Origin: Thelocarpon superellum
Taxonomy: Eukaryota
DNA: 64,000 nt
Assembly: GCA_026025795.1 (NCBI GenBank)
Contig: JAPEUG010000010.1
Span: 1 to 64,000 of the forward strand
Direction: 5' to 3'
The position numbers and the translations under genes are program-made. The notes beneath the pieces were generated by a model that did not search any database, was not told the origin of the DNA, and saw only the letters and a list, made by a program, of their open reading frames with translations. Positions 1-11,573 of this stretch are shown here, one piece after another (position 1 is the stretch's first letter; every line of letters begins with the position of its first letter).

Positions 1-421
1 GATAGCTTCCTCGGCGCTACACGCAACCCTCGAGAAACTGGTCACCGCGCCTTCAATTTCGACCGCTCGCCGGGCCTGGCCATCGGTCGTTGTCGTGACT
101 TAGACCTAAAATACCTCTCTTCACTTCCGCACGAGAGACATTGTGGCCTTGTGGCCTTGTGGCGCCGGCTGTGAGATACGCAAGTCTCGTGGGCGTAGTG
201 CGGCGGACATCGGGAACAAGCTGGTGATCCTTGATCTCGTCCCGTGTGGAATCTGCTCCGTACCCTCGTCCCTCCCTTTGACGAGTGATCGGCGTGCCCA
301 TCTTCAGCTCCCTTCCTTCGAACCCCAACATCGACCTGGCGTCATTCTCAACCACACTCATTTAAGTTGCACCCGACCGCCAGTTTAATATCCCGTCGAC
401 TTCTTTCACCTAGTACATACG

Positions 422-2012
422 ATGAAGTCCTTCACACTCTTACTCAACATCTGGGCATGTGGCTCCGCCATCGGCGTGTCGGCTGCTCCACGGCCCCATG
501 GTCACGCCATTGCAAACGCGTCGGCCCTGATAGGATCAAGTCCAACCCATGGTACGTCGGGTTCCTTCAACGCACTTTATCGACGTCATACTGACTTCGT
601 CTCGTCTCAGGCTCGGCATCGCCGACCGCATCCACGGGCTCGAGCGTCCAGCATATTCGCGGCGGATCTGAATATGTCATCATCTTTGACCCGAACCACC
701 CCGAGCCGCCAGAGGTCTCGCACATCTTGGGGAAGATTGGCATGAACACCTCCCACCCGGACGTGACCTATGTCTACAACAACTCGGCCTTCCGGGGATT
801 CGCGGGGAAGATCCAGAATCATAGTGTCTCAGCCCTGAATTCAATGGCCGAAGTCAAGACTGTCGAGCAGTCGATTCAAGTCAAATCCTTCTCGGAGGAG
901 GTCCGGGGTAATTCGCCATGGGGCCTCCAGCGGGTGTCGCAAGAGGCGCAGGTGACGGGAGACGCCAACCAGATGGCGTTCCAATATCAGTTCAGCAGCG
1001 ACGGCGGTCTCGGCAAAGGCGTCGACATTTACGTGGTCGACACCGGGATCAATACGGCTCACCTGGCCTTTGGTGGGCGGGCGACGATGGGCTTCAGCAT
1101 GAACGGCGACGGTGACCTCACCGCGGCCTCGGATCAAGACGGCCATGGCACGCATGTGTCCGGCACAGCGGCTGCCAGCTTGTTTGGCGTGGCGTCCGGA
1201 GCAAACCTCATCGGGGTGAAGGTGCTGGGAGCGAACGGGTCTGGCATGTCGTCGGACACGATCAAGGGCCTCGACTACCTCGTTCAGCAGCACGACCAAA
1301 AGAAGCAACGGCCGGGCTTCGTCGGGTCAATCGCGTCCATGTCATGGGGGCTCTCGAGCCGATCATCGAGTGTGGAACAAGCCATCGGAGCTGCGGTAGA
1401 CGCTGGGATTCACGTCACAGTCGCGGCGGGGAACGACCATGAGGATGCATGCAACACCGCTCCAGCCTCGACGGGTGGTAAGGGGGCGGACGGGAAGGGT
1501 GGCAAAGCAGTGGCGGTGGGTTCGATCAACATTGGCGACCAGATCAGCACCTTCTCCAACACGGGCTCTTGCGTGGATGTCTATGCTCCGGGGGAGAACG
1601 TGCTGAGCACGTGGATCGGTGGCACGAACACGGTGCAGAGCCTCAGTGGGACGAGCATGTCGACGCCCCGTAAGTTGCGCTGTCGTCCCCTCTCCCTGTC
1701 ATCGCTGACGTTGAGTCTCTTGCAGATGTCACTGGTGTCATGGCCTACCTCATGGCCCAGAACTCGCAATTGGCAAGCAGCCCGGCGGCGATGAAGGCGT
1801 TTCTCGCGTCCTCGGCACTTCCTGGGATTGTGCAAGGCAACGGCAACGTCGCATCAGGCGACAATCAGTTGCTGCTCAACAACGGCATCCAAGGCTCCCC
1901 AAGCACTGGCACCACCGGATCCAATGACAACAGCAAGCGTCAATTCCGCCGCGGCCCGATCTTCTCTCCCCATCTCGTCGGTCTCTCGGAGACAACGCAA
2001 CTGCGATACTAG
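422..2012 (+). CDS. Secreted subtilisin-like serine protease (S8A, proteinase K subfamily) with propeptide; 3 exons (422-551, 611-1669, 1726-2012)
   Basis: Signal-peptide-like N-terminus. Catalytic motifs VVDTG, HGTHVSG, AAGN and GTSMSTPH. Introns 552-610 (GTACGT..CTGAC..CAG) and 1670-1725 (GTAAGT..CTGAC..CAG) join the ORFs in frame. Confidence 0.95.
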
Positions 2013-2092
2013 AAACATCCGTTCGCTAGACCTGCGGCACGACTGGTCGTCGTCCACGCTCCCTACATCAACACCACTGGCTTGGACGTGCC

Positions 2093-2117
2093 CTTCACTT
2101 CACTTCACTTCACTTCA
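2093..2117. repeat. (CTTCA)5 microsatellite in protease 3' region
   Basis: Read directly from the sequence. Confidence 0.9.
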
Positions 2118-2952
2118 ACCTGAACATTCTTCCCCGCAACAAGATTGTCCCTTCCCGCATAATTAGAGAAGCGCGACACCTACACTCCTTGAAACACCTC
2201 GGCCTATTGCATGTACATATCTAGATACAAGAGCATAAGCGCCAGCGTTACGCGCATACAGCGGCAGACCCGAGCCGAGCATAGTAGACGGAAGAACAAA
2301 ACAGAAACCCTTTGTTTGAGATGAGACGGAGCGGACCGGTGGAAGTAAGCAAGCAGGCGATGCGTGAGGAGGGAGACGGTAAAAGGACGAAATTGCAATT
2401 TACTTTTCAACCACGGTGAAAATAATATCAAGTGATAAATATATATCGATCGACCAGTTTTCGCTTACACACGGATAACAGAGTATTAAAATGGATCCTT
2501 GGCCTTCCACCTATGCATAGGACCGATAGCAAGCTAGATCTGGATATTGACGCCGATTTCAAGGAGTGTCAATTGACAATAGCACCTGCATGTGTGTAAT
2601 AGCCGTAGCTTTCATGCATTCATTGAGGGCGTGATCTATCCCAACACTGAACCTCATGTTACAGAAGAAACGGAGGATATTCACACGCAGTGGGGCGTCG
2701 AACTAAGCGAGGTGGTACCCCGCTTGACCGCGATGACACGTGACCAACTGCTGAGGTCCGTCGCGTTCCGTAACAAAGATACCGGTTACGTCGCGTTACA
2801 CCGCCGTGGTTATATTCCACCTCACCGTTCAATCAGCGTCATTGCGTAAGGATAGGCAACGCTGCCGTGCTGTTTCTTGCGCGGCGCCGCCAGCTGGGGT
2901 GTCGTTCCGATGAGCCACTCGGCGGGCGCGTCTTGGTAGGGGCGCCGAAATG

Positions 2953-2982
2953 GTGGCCGTGGCCGTGGCCGTGGCTGTGGCC
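2953..2982. repeat. (GTGGCC)5 imperfect hexanucleotide repeat
   Basis: Read directly from the sequence; one unit is GTGGCT. Confidence 0.85.
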
Positions 2983-3317
2983 GGGACTGGTCTTGAAGTC
3001 GTGAAGACGCTTCATCGTCGAGGTCGGACTCGTCAAGATCGGGTCGACTTCGACGCGTTGACGATTGTGCTCACTGGGATGGGCAGCTGTGCTGAGTACT
3101 CCTGGAGGGGTGTGCCTCGTGGAAGGGATTTCAAGGGGATGACATAGGGCAGATGCGTAACTCTTCGTTCCTATCAAGCGCTAGCCCTGCTTTCCCTCGT
3201 GCGCACCCATGCATCTCATCATTCATTGCTTCATATCGTTGCCGAGAAGAGAATGTAGAAGACAGAAGACGTGGAAGCAGCCCAGCTGCTTCTCTACTAG
3301 TCAAACCACCCCACCCC

Positions 3318-4737
3318 TTATTCCTTCACTTCTTCATGTTCGCCTTGCTTGGGCGAGACGGTTCCCCGCTCAACGTCATCTGTGCTGTTCACAGACACGG
3401 TCCACATACCCATGCTCTCCCCCTTCCCACCCTGGGACTCATGTGGTGGATGCGACGCTGCGCTCGGATTGGATATGAGCTTGCTGGAGCTGACCCACCG
3501 GCCCGCGCTGGTGTAGAACCGTGGTGAGCGCGACATGACCGACGAGCGCCCGGGCCAGGACAATGTCCCCGGCCAGGAGATCGTTTTCTTTAATCCCCGT
3601 AAGATGGGTCGCATCGTGGGGAGACAGGCACAGACGATGCCGAATGTGACTTCGATCATCGTCCAGATCATGTGGTGGTTCAATGTCCCTGGAACCTGTC
3701 AGACCGCCGGACCATGCTGCGACAAAAACAGGGGGGTGGGTGGACGCACAGGTGAGATCACTATCGTCAACCTCTCGGAGCGCCACGATGCGGAAGATGG
3801 TGGCGATCAAGACGCTGATCACGCCGCCGCATGAGTCCCGATCATGACTTCTCACCCAAGAGCACTTACCCACTGCCGAGGACGAAGATGGCACAAAGGA
3901 CATATTTTTGCCTCCGTGGCACCTTTAGGCTCCAAATGACTGGCATTGGGAGCACCAAGATGATCAAGTCTGTGACAAGGTTGATGCTAGAGGTGGCATA
4001 ATACACCGCCAACGCATCGATACATGTAGCGGGAACGTACATCTTCCAGAATCCATCGATCGGGTTGCATGTGAAGATCGAGGCTGCTGTTCCACCGACG
4101 ATGAAACAGATGACGAAGCCGAGGCAGATTTTGGTACAGAGCCTGAACCACGGGAGGACGAACAAGCGGTGGTATAGCAGGAGGATGGAGATCTTGATCA
4201 GGGAGTATGTGAAGCAGTACAAGACCTGACCGATGTAGAGCATCTAGCGCACTGTCAGTCCGAGGTTCGGTCCCGCCTTGTTCGTAGGCCTACCAGCAGA
4301 CCGCTCTCGCCCATGCTTGGGGAGACGGTGATTTCATGTTTGCCGACGCGGAAGTACCAATCTACCACCAGCATCACGACTCAGTGTGTGCATCGAAGAC
4401 GGTGGGCGGGGTGCCGCCTCACACATTAGAATGAAGATGGTCCAGAGTCCAAACATGAGGACCTTTGACCGATCAGCCCGGTGCGCATGGGGCGTGAAAC
4501 AACACGGGCACGTACGAGCGAGGCAAGCATGGTGTAATCATCCCAATGCAGCCGAGCCTTGATCAACCTCTGGGACCAGAAGCGAAGCACCACGGCAGTC
4601 GTGCCGATGATCGGCATGATGATGGACAAGACTTTGGGAAAGAGAGATCGATCATCATCGATATGGAGGAGTTGGTATTGCGCCGATTCGACTGTGATAC
4701 CGCTTTGAAAGCTACGAGGCGCAAGCACGGAAATCAT
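3318..4737 (-). CDS. PTH11-like (fungal rhodopsin-domain) integral membrane protein, multi-exon, no CFEM domain seen
   Basis: Family motifs across exons: VVLRFWSQ..LHWDDY, IKISILLLYHRLF, CNPIDGFW...C, DLIILVLPMPVIWSL and WTMIEVTFGIVCACLPTMRP. Donors GTACGT at 4515 and GTGAGG at 4422. The start codon is the best guess. Confidence 0.9.
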
Positions 4738-6350
4738 GATGCCAGCAATTCGTGAGCCCACCGTCAAGTGCAACGTGGAGTCGTACCTTCCTCAACAGGT
4801 GGCACTTATGCGTTGGGACCACCATTGTTATCACAGCGTCTTAAGGACGGCTCAGGGACGGCTTGGGGACCGTGGATAGGTGGGGTCGGGTCTATTGTGC
4901 GATTGTGCGACCGTGCACAAGGGCCACCTGATAACGCCACACGGCACAGCGCCAAGAGGGGCCATCTACTGTCGTGCAGATGAGAGGGGGTAAGGGAGAA
5001 CTGCAACCAATAGCAGTCATCTTCCCCACTCCATTCTGCCGCAGTTCATCCGTGATGGAACATTCGATCGTAGAGAATTGCGGGTCTGGATATGCGGCCT
5101 TATCGGATGTAAGTGACGGTCGTCGTCAGTGGATGACATGCGCAGGAAGTTCGAGGTGGGCAGCAGCGGACTGTGCCAGCCACGAGCCACTCCCACTACC
5201 AGATTGGGTGGTGTGGGATTTTACTGGTCGCCTCCGTTGGTCATCGGAAGGGACAGTTGCCAACGCCGCAGGGGGCTCCGTGCGGGAGAATCTTGCAGGG
5301 TTGCTGGCAGTAGGCTGGATTATCCCGTCGAGGAATCACACTATGATGCCTGGGACTAGACGCGCCCTAGGTGATAATACAAGTGTTATTATGATCTAGG
5401 GGAGCATTCAGGTCTCCAGCTATGTTAGCCGGCCTGTGGCCGGAACATTCTGTAGGCGAGGCGGCCAGCCGAAAGCCCAAACTCTGATCTCGGTGGTGTC
5501 GGCACCTCTCCCGGCGGGTACGGCCGTCAACCAGAACGTAGCCAAAAAGAGCACTCGGTACACGTGACCTCTTAACAGTGCTTCGATGGTTCGCATGAGT
5601 AACGCATCATTATGTCATCCTTCAATACACCAAGCCAGATGCGCAAGCGTCAGGCACTCGCCCCCCACATGTGCTCTGCATTTCATGCTAACGACGAGGA
5701 TCAATACCGAATTTCTATTACTCCGTGACCGCGAGAGGTCTCAGTGCGCATGCACAACTGGCGCCTCTTCCTCACCGGACTACTTTGCCGTCACCACATC
5801 AACCGCACGATAGTGGGCTGAGCAGGTGAGCGAAAGGCGCACACAAGTGTAGAGCGTGTTCAACCCAAGTTCATCAAGCACTCGTACATGTCCACGATGG
5901 CATTGGGCTTGTCGTCATACAAGGTAATTCGATCCACACTTGAATCGTCCAACGGGAGATACTTTGAGCATGCAAGTCGGAGATTGCGTAAATCCTAAGA
6001 GATATGCGCCAAATGGATTACAGGACATTCATACGATGACGTTGCGCACGCACAGACAGTCGCTGGTCCAGATCCGAATCGGTCACTTGCAGCCAATGCT
6101 TTGGTCGAGTGCATGTTGCCCAAAGCCTGAAGCCAGTCCTCTCTGGATGCGCCATCGCATGCATAAGGACTCCATCCGACTTCAGATTGCGAAAAAGCCC
6201 CTATCTGCATCGGAGAATAGCATACACAGGACCTCTATGCGCTCTACGTTTTCTTGTCGTGATACCAAGAAACCATCCCATCTAGGGTGCTAAATACATA
6301 CATCACGACTTCCACTCATCCAGCGTCAACTCTCCTTGTCCTTTAAGAGG

Positions 6351-7075
6351 ATGGTCCCCGTTCATTCCGCCATCTTGGCTTTGGCCCTGACCGTACGGTC
6401 GGGCTTTGCACTTCCACAGGCAGATGTCAACCCCGTTTCTTCGGTTCATCTCAAGACCGACCCGTGTTCAACTTTCCCATGCAGCTGGAGATATACCGAC
6501 CAATATTGTACGATCCATCGCAATGGCTTTCTGAGCTAGTTGGCCGTGCTCAGGGACAGCGTTGGCTGACACACGCATCAGTGGCGCTGTTTCGAGAGCA
6601 AAACGACACGGTGGCGCTGGTTAGCACGCCTCCACCCGACCAATCTTTCAGCCTCAACGGCACAACGGGTGCCTACCAGGTCGACTTCCCAGATGGCAGT
6701 TCCTACTTTATCCTCATGAATCCCGCGACTGGTCTAGTGGGGCAGCCAATCAACCAGCCCATTGCCGATGGCACTTCACCGCCGATCGAAAGCAGCGAGG
6801 CGATCGTCACCGAAGATGCGGGGATGAGCCTGATCCTACAGGGTACGTCCCTCTCAAGGGCCTCATGAGCCTGTCCCCTGTTCTGCTGGCCTCACCTCCC
6901 CTCTCCGCTTCCGTCGGCTGACAGGTCGTCGTCGTCATCGTCCATCACAGCTTGTGCTCCAACATTTGCCAACTCTACCGCGTCGTTGTCTTGGGGGCAG
7001 ATCAATTCCACCGCCGGTTACATCCGGACGGATGCGAGCTGCGACATTGCCTATATTGAGGCAGCGTCCTCCTGA
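6351..7075 (+). CDS. Small secreted protein of unknown function (~180 aa; exons 6351-6507, 6582-6842, 6951-7075)
   Basis: Hydrophobic signal MVPVHSAILALALTVRSGFA-LP. Introns GTACGA..CTGAC..CAG and GTACGT..CTGAC..CAG keep the frame. Four Cys and several N-x-S/T sites. Confidence 0.75.
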
Positions 7076-7788
7076 CGTGGTGCCCGAAGGCGTGGAGATG
7101 ATGGTAACCCAAGTGCCATGGCGACGGGCCGTGACGGCGAGGTGGAGCTTGATGGATCGCTGCTGGCCCTCGCAAGCAGCGTCACCAACTCTTCTCTCAT
7201 GACGTGGCCTGAGTGGTTCTAGAAGTGGGGAGGCACGAAAAAGTGGGAAGGAGTCGGCTGGCTGGTCATCGGTGTTTATCATTGTATTCCTTGGTTGGTT
7301 GAGCGGCTCCTATACGCTTTTCGTGTCAATTGATGATGAGAATGGATAATAGAGCTGTGTTTCCCACGCAAAGGCCCGTTTGACCAACTTCATGTCGCCC
7401 TACTCTCCCTATCCCACGTCACTTGTGTCTCGATCATTCTTACCTGCATGGGTCTGGGGTCGGAGTCACATCTTACCATGAGTCCCGCATTTTTTGGTCC
7501 GTATGGAAACTGAAATGTTCTATGATATCTCATCGCTAGGGTCTGACAAGGAAGTCTATAGGTACGCCAGAATGCAAAAGGTAGTATGCAGAATGCGGAG
7601 AGTAAAGACAGGCGAGAAGTAGGCAGAGGTGCCTGGGTATGTGGTGACGAAGAAGATGGACGGACGGAGCCGACGGTAGCGCATGTGCCGTCGTCATCAT
7701 GATGATGATGGAGGAATAGAGGTCGTCAAGGAAAAGCGAAAAAGACGCTTGCCTCGCCAAACGCAGGAGAACTTCTATAAATGCTCGC

Positions 7789-7841
7789 GCTCATGCTCAT
7801 GCTCATGCTCATGCTCATGCTCATGCTCATGCTCATGCTCA
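7789..7841. repeat. (GCTCAT)8+ microsatellite just downstream of the laccase stop codon
   Basis: Eight perfect hexamer copies plus a partial copy. Confidence 0.95.
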
Positions 7842-7862
7842 CGCCGAACCTCGGCTCGTGGA

Positions 7863-9967
7863 CTAGACGAGGGTGGCGTTTCGCTTGACTTTCAAGCCGG
7901 AATCAATCTCATCGACGACGTTTTTGTTCGAGTACGTATCCCAATCGGTGCACGTCTGCGCCATGACTTGGGGAATCTCCATCTGCGTGATGTTGGCCGG
8001 TTGCTCCTAGACGGGCGTCAGTCAGAGGTCGGATCAACGACGAGTGCGAAAGGAGGCTGACCAGGATGGTGAGATACAACCCGCCACTAACGTGCCAGGC
8101 GATGTGACAGTGAAAGGGCCATGCGCCAGGGTTATCGGCGTTGATCTGAAGTACAATGTAGTTGAAGGCGGGAAGGAGATGCACGTCGCGCCGCTGCGGA
8201 TTCTGCGGGTTGGTCACCTTTCCGTCCCACGTGCCGAGACCTTGAGCGAGCACGAAGAAGTTGTGCCCGTGCATGTGCATTGGGTGAGCAGCTGGGAAGT
8301 TGTTCGTCACCACGAGCCGGATAGTCGCATTGGAGCCGAAGTTGTACACGTTCCACTCGGGGTGGTCGGTGTAGGAGGTCTTGCCCTGTTGCGCGTCCAG
8401 GAGGATCGGGCTATTATAGTCGGCATGGAAGGTTTGCGAGTTGACCTCGAAGTTGAAGTGGCCCGTCTGGTTGAGGCCGCCGGTGATGGAGATGTCTTTG
8501 GTGGTGGCTGGATTGGGGTCGGGCGTCATAGCGTAGAATGGCTGTGTCTTCGTCAAGTCGTCATTGCTGCACGGGTCCGTGGAGTCTTTCTGCGCCGTTG
8601 TGTTCGGCTGCGCCGTCGTGTCCGCCTTTTCGTAGTAGATGGCGGCCTGGCCGTTGGGCTGGTTGGACGAGGAGCACGTGCTGATGGTCGAGCGCATCCA
8701 CACGACGTCGGTCGGCTGGCCCGTACCCGTAACCAGCACATCCGAGCGTTGGCCGACGCCGAGCGTGACGATGGTGGTGTTGTACGGCTGCACTTCGACA
8801 AAATCATTGGCGATGACGGTCATGGTATGGCCGTCGATGCTGAATTTCTGGATCGCTTCGGCACCAGAGTTGATTAAGCGCAGCCGGTGAACCTTGCCCG
8901 AGGTGAATTGGAATTTGGACAGCCCGGCGTTGTCGGTGCAGGGCGTGCCATCCTTGACGGTGGAGCAGTCGAAATTGCCCTTTCCGTTGATCAGGTTGTT
9001 GTCAGATGGCGGGAGCAGGTCGGTGACGAGGTTCACCGTGGGCTTGAGCGGCGCGGTCAACGCCTCGACGATCTTGAAGTACTCGGTGTGATACCAATCG
9101 TTGAGAAAAACGGGGCCCAGGTCAATGTCATAGGGCGCATTCTGGGGGCCATGGATGACCATGGGGCCGTGCAGGCCACCGGCATACTGGGCGCTGTAAT
9201 GACTGTGGTACCAGGACGTGCCGTAGAGATCCGCGATGAAGCTGTACGTGAAGCTCGCTCCTGGCGCGACGGGACACTGCTGCACCGACGGCACGCCGTC
9301 GTACCAAGGCGTCTTCTTTTGCAGAATGCCGTGCCAATGGAAGGACGTGCCCTCCTCTGGTTCGCTGATCTGGTTGTTGAGCGTGACTTGGATGGTGTCA
9401 CCCCAGTTGGCCTCGATCAATGGCTAGACACCGCGTCAGCTAAACGATCAAGAATCGAGGACCGCCCTGGCTGATGCCGCACTCACCCCCGGGTATTGAT
9501 CATTGATCACGATGACGTCTTTCATATAACCGTCTGGAGCAAGTTTGGCCCGTTTGACCGTGAAGTTGTACGATCGGATAACACCTGGATCTGGTGAGAC
9601 AAAGATCGGTGGGTGAAGTGGCACTCCAAGACACACCAGTGATGGGAGGGTTGTCATATGGATTAGTTTGGTTGGCAGTCGCTGTGCCCCACGGCGCGCC
9701 ATTAGGCATCGGCTACAAGATTAGCCTCGAGAGACGGCGTGGGGGGCAAGACGGTGGCACTCACATTGTTCGTCAGCATCTGGGGGAGCTTGGCCGCGCC
9801 CAAGGTGCCAAAGTTCGACACGCCTGTCCATGCTCGTGTCAGTAGACGCTTCCGTGACGGGTCATCGAAAGAGGGAAGGGTAGGGTACCATTTGTTGCTT
9901 CCTGGGTCAGGGACTGGGTCAAGCCGACCGTGGCGGTGCCGAGCTGCTTCGATGTGGAGGCACCCAT
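7863..9967 (-). CDS. Laccase / multicopper oxidase (AA1), multi-exon
   Basis: All four copper motifs: [17 protein letters not shown] and [12 protein letters not shown] (Leu axial position). C-terminal DSGL is followed by KVKRNATLV*. The start is in a gccaccATGG context. Introns seen at 9888-9824, 9764-9713 and others. Confidence 0.95.
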
Positions 9968-10101
9968 GGTGGCGGAGGGATGACTTGGGATGAAGGAGTC
10001 TGAGGAGGAGAAACAAGGCGAAGAAGAAAGGGAAAGAGAAGGAGAAGGAGGCGATGGTGATGGTGATGATGACGGAGGCAGAGGTCGGACGGACGCCGGC
10101 C

Positions 10102-10107
10102 TTTATA
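10102..10107 (-). promoter_or_regulatory. TATA box (TATAAA) upstream of laccase
   Basis: TATAAA on the minus strand ~135 bp upstream of the ATG, followed by a CT-rich leader. Confidence 0.55.
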
Positions 10108-11573
10108 TTCCCGGCGTCAAGTGATGGGTCCATCTGTCTAGCCCTGCGGCCAGAGCGCAAGGGGGACGATGCAGGTGACCCCGAATATGGTGATCATCTC
10201 GCAGGGGGGATTCCGAGGCGGGAACGCAAATCAGAATTGATGTTCATAACATCCTCGTCGACCATCTTTGCGCAGCAGCGCGAGGTGGCAAGCTGGGCCA
10301 AGAGAGTCTGAAGCGAGACTACGTCAAGCCACGGGTTTCGAAAAACGGCGGCATAGAGCAAATGAACATGATGAGATGCATCGCGTGTTCAAATCATGTT
10401 CCATTTCATGGCGATCCCTTCGGACGATCGCTAGGGGCTGATCCCCCATTCCCCCATTGGCTCCGGGTGAGCTGCCCACGAAACTCTCCACCAGTAGCGA
10501 GGCCGCCTCGTCGCGGGAACGGGTGCCGCCAGACGGCAAATGAGTTTGCTCGGCTTTGGCCAAGTCATGCGCGCGTCCCGAGGAGTTCTACGACTCGAGA
10601 TGAAGACGTCCCGAGAGCGATGAGGTCCAAGGCCAGTTCGTCCCAATCTCTCCATCGATCGGGTAGATGAGCGTTGCCTGCGATGTGATGGTCGGGCAGA
10701 CAAACGCCGAGACCCACGTTTCTGACGTCGCCGACGCTACGTTCGACCAAGGAGCCACCGATTCCTGGCGCTGGGGTCGGGAAAGTGCGGGCGTCAAAGG
10801 GTCGGCACCATGGCAGGGGACGGCCGATGAGCGGCTCGGCAGGCAGCCTACGATGCGTGAGGAAATAGCCCGACGCACGGAAGCGCGCTAGAAGCTTCCA
10901 AATCCGACCTGCGGCGACGAAAGCGCAGAAGTCGAGCGGGTTGGCGCCGGTGTTCGTGCGAGCTTGAGAGCCGAAACCGCATGTTATGAGAATAGCTCCG
11001 AGTATGACGGTCGTAGAGGGCGTTCTAGTGGCATGTTGTATTTCTCGAACGAACGATCGACCGACCGACCGATCGGGCGATCGCTGTCAGGGAAGCTGGC
11101 GGCATGATGCTCGATGCGCGAAGCGCTCAAGCCAGTCGAAATGGGGGATTACGGAGTCTGGCTCGTAGCGAGGGCCTCGTCGGCGCCGCGTCGCCGAGGT
11201 TTCGCGGTTCGAAACCCGGAGCTGTCGTTGGTCGACGCGGGTCCCGAGGACGACCTTTGCCCAGATCGTCGCCCTGCTTTGAGACGGCGTGCCGATCCAC
11301 GTTTCGCATTGCACACGCTACGCCTCCTGAAAGGTCGGACGGAACAGTCGGACGGAACAACATGACAACCACGATGCCACCAGAACATCGGTGGGCCTCG
11401 ACCACGGTCGTCATCGACGGGGACTAGTTCCTCGTCTGGAAAAGCCACGATGCAACGCATCAGACATGGTGAACCTGGTCAATCCGTCGTTTGATGATCG
11501 CAATCCTCAGGGTGGAGCTACGTGGTGGCGCGAACATTGCTCTGGCCTCATCTTTCGCACTCCGACGCGAAGT

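Noticed and set aside
2592..3177. Short ORFs between the protease and the PTH11-like gene (including a His-Gly run)
   Set aside because: The HG run derives from a microsatellite, and I found no coherent gene model.
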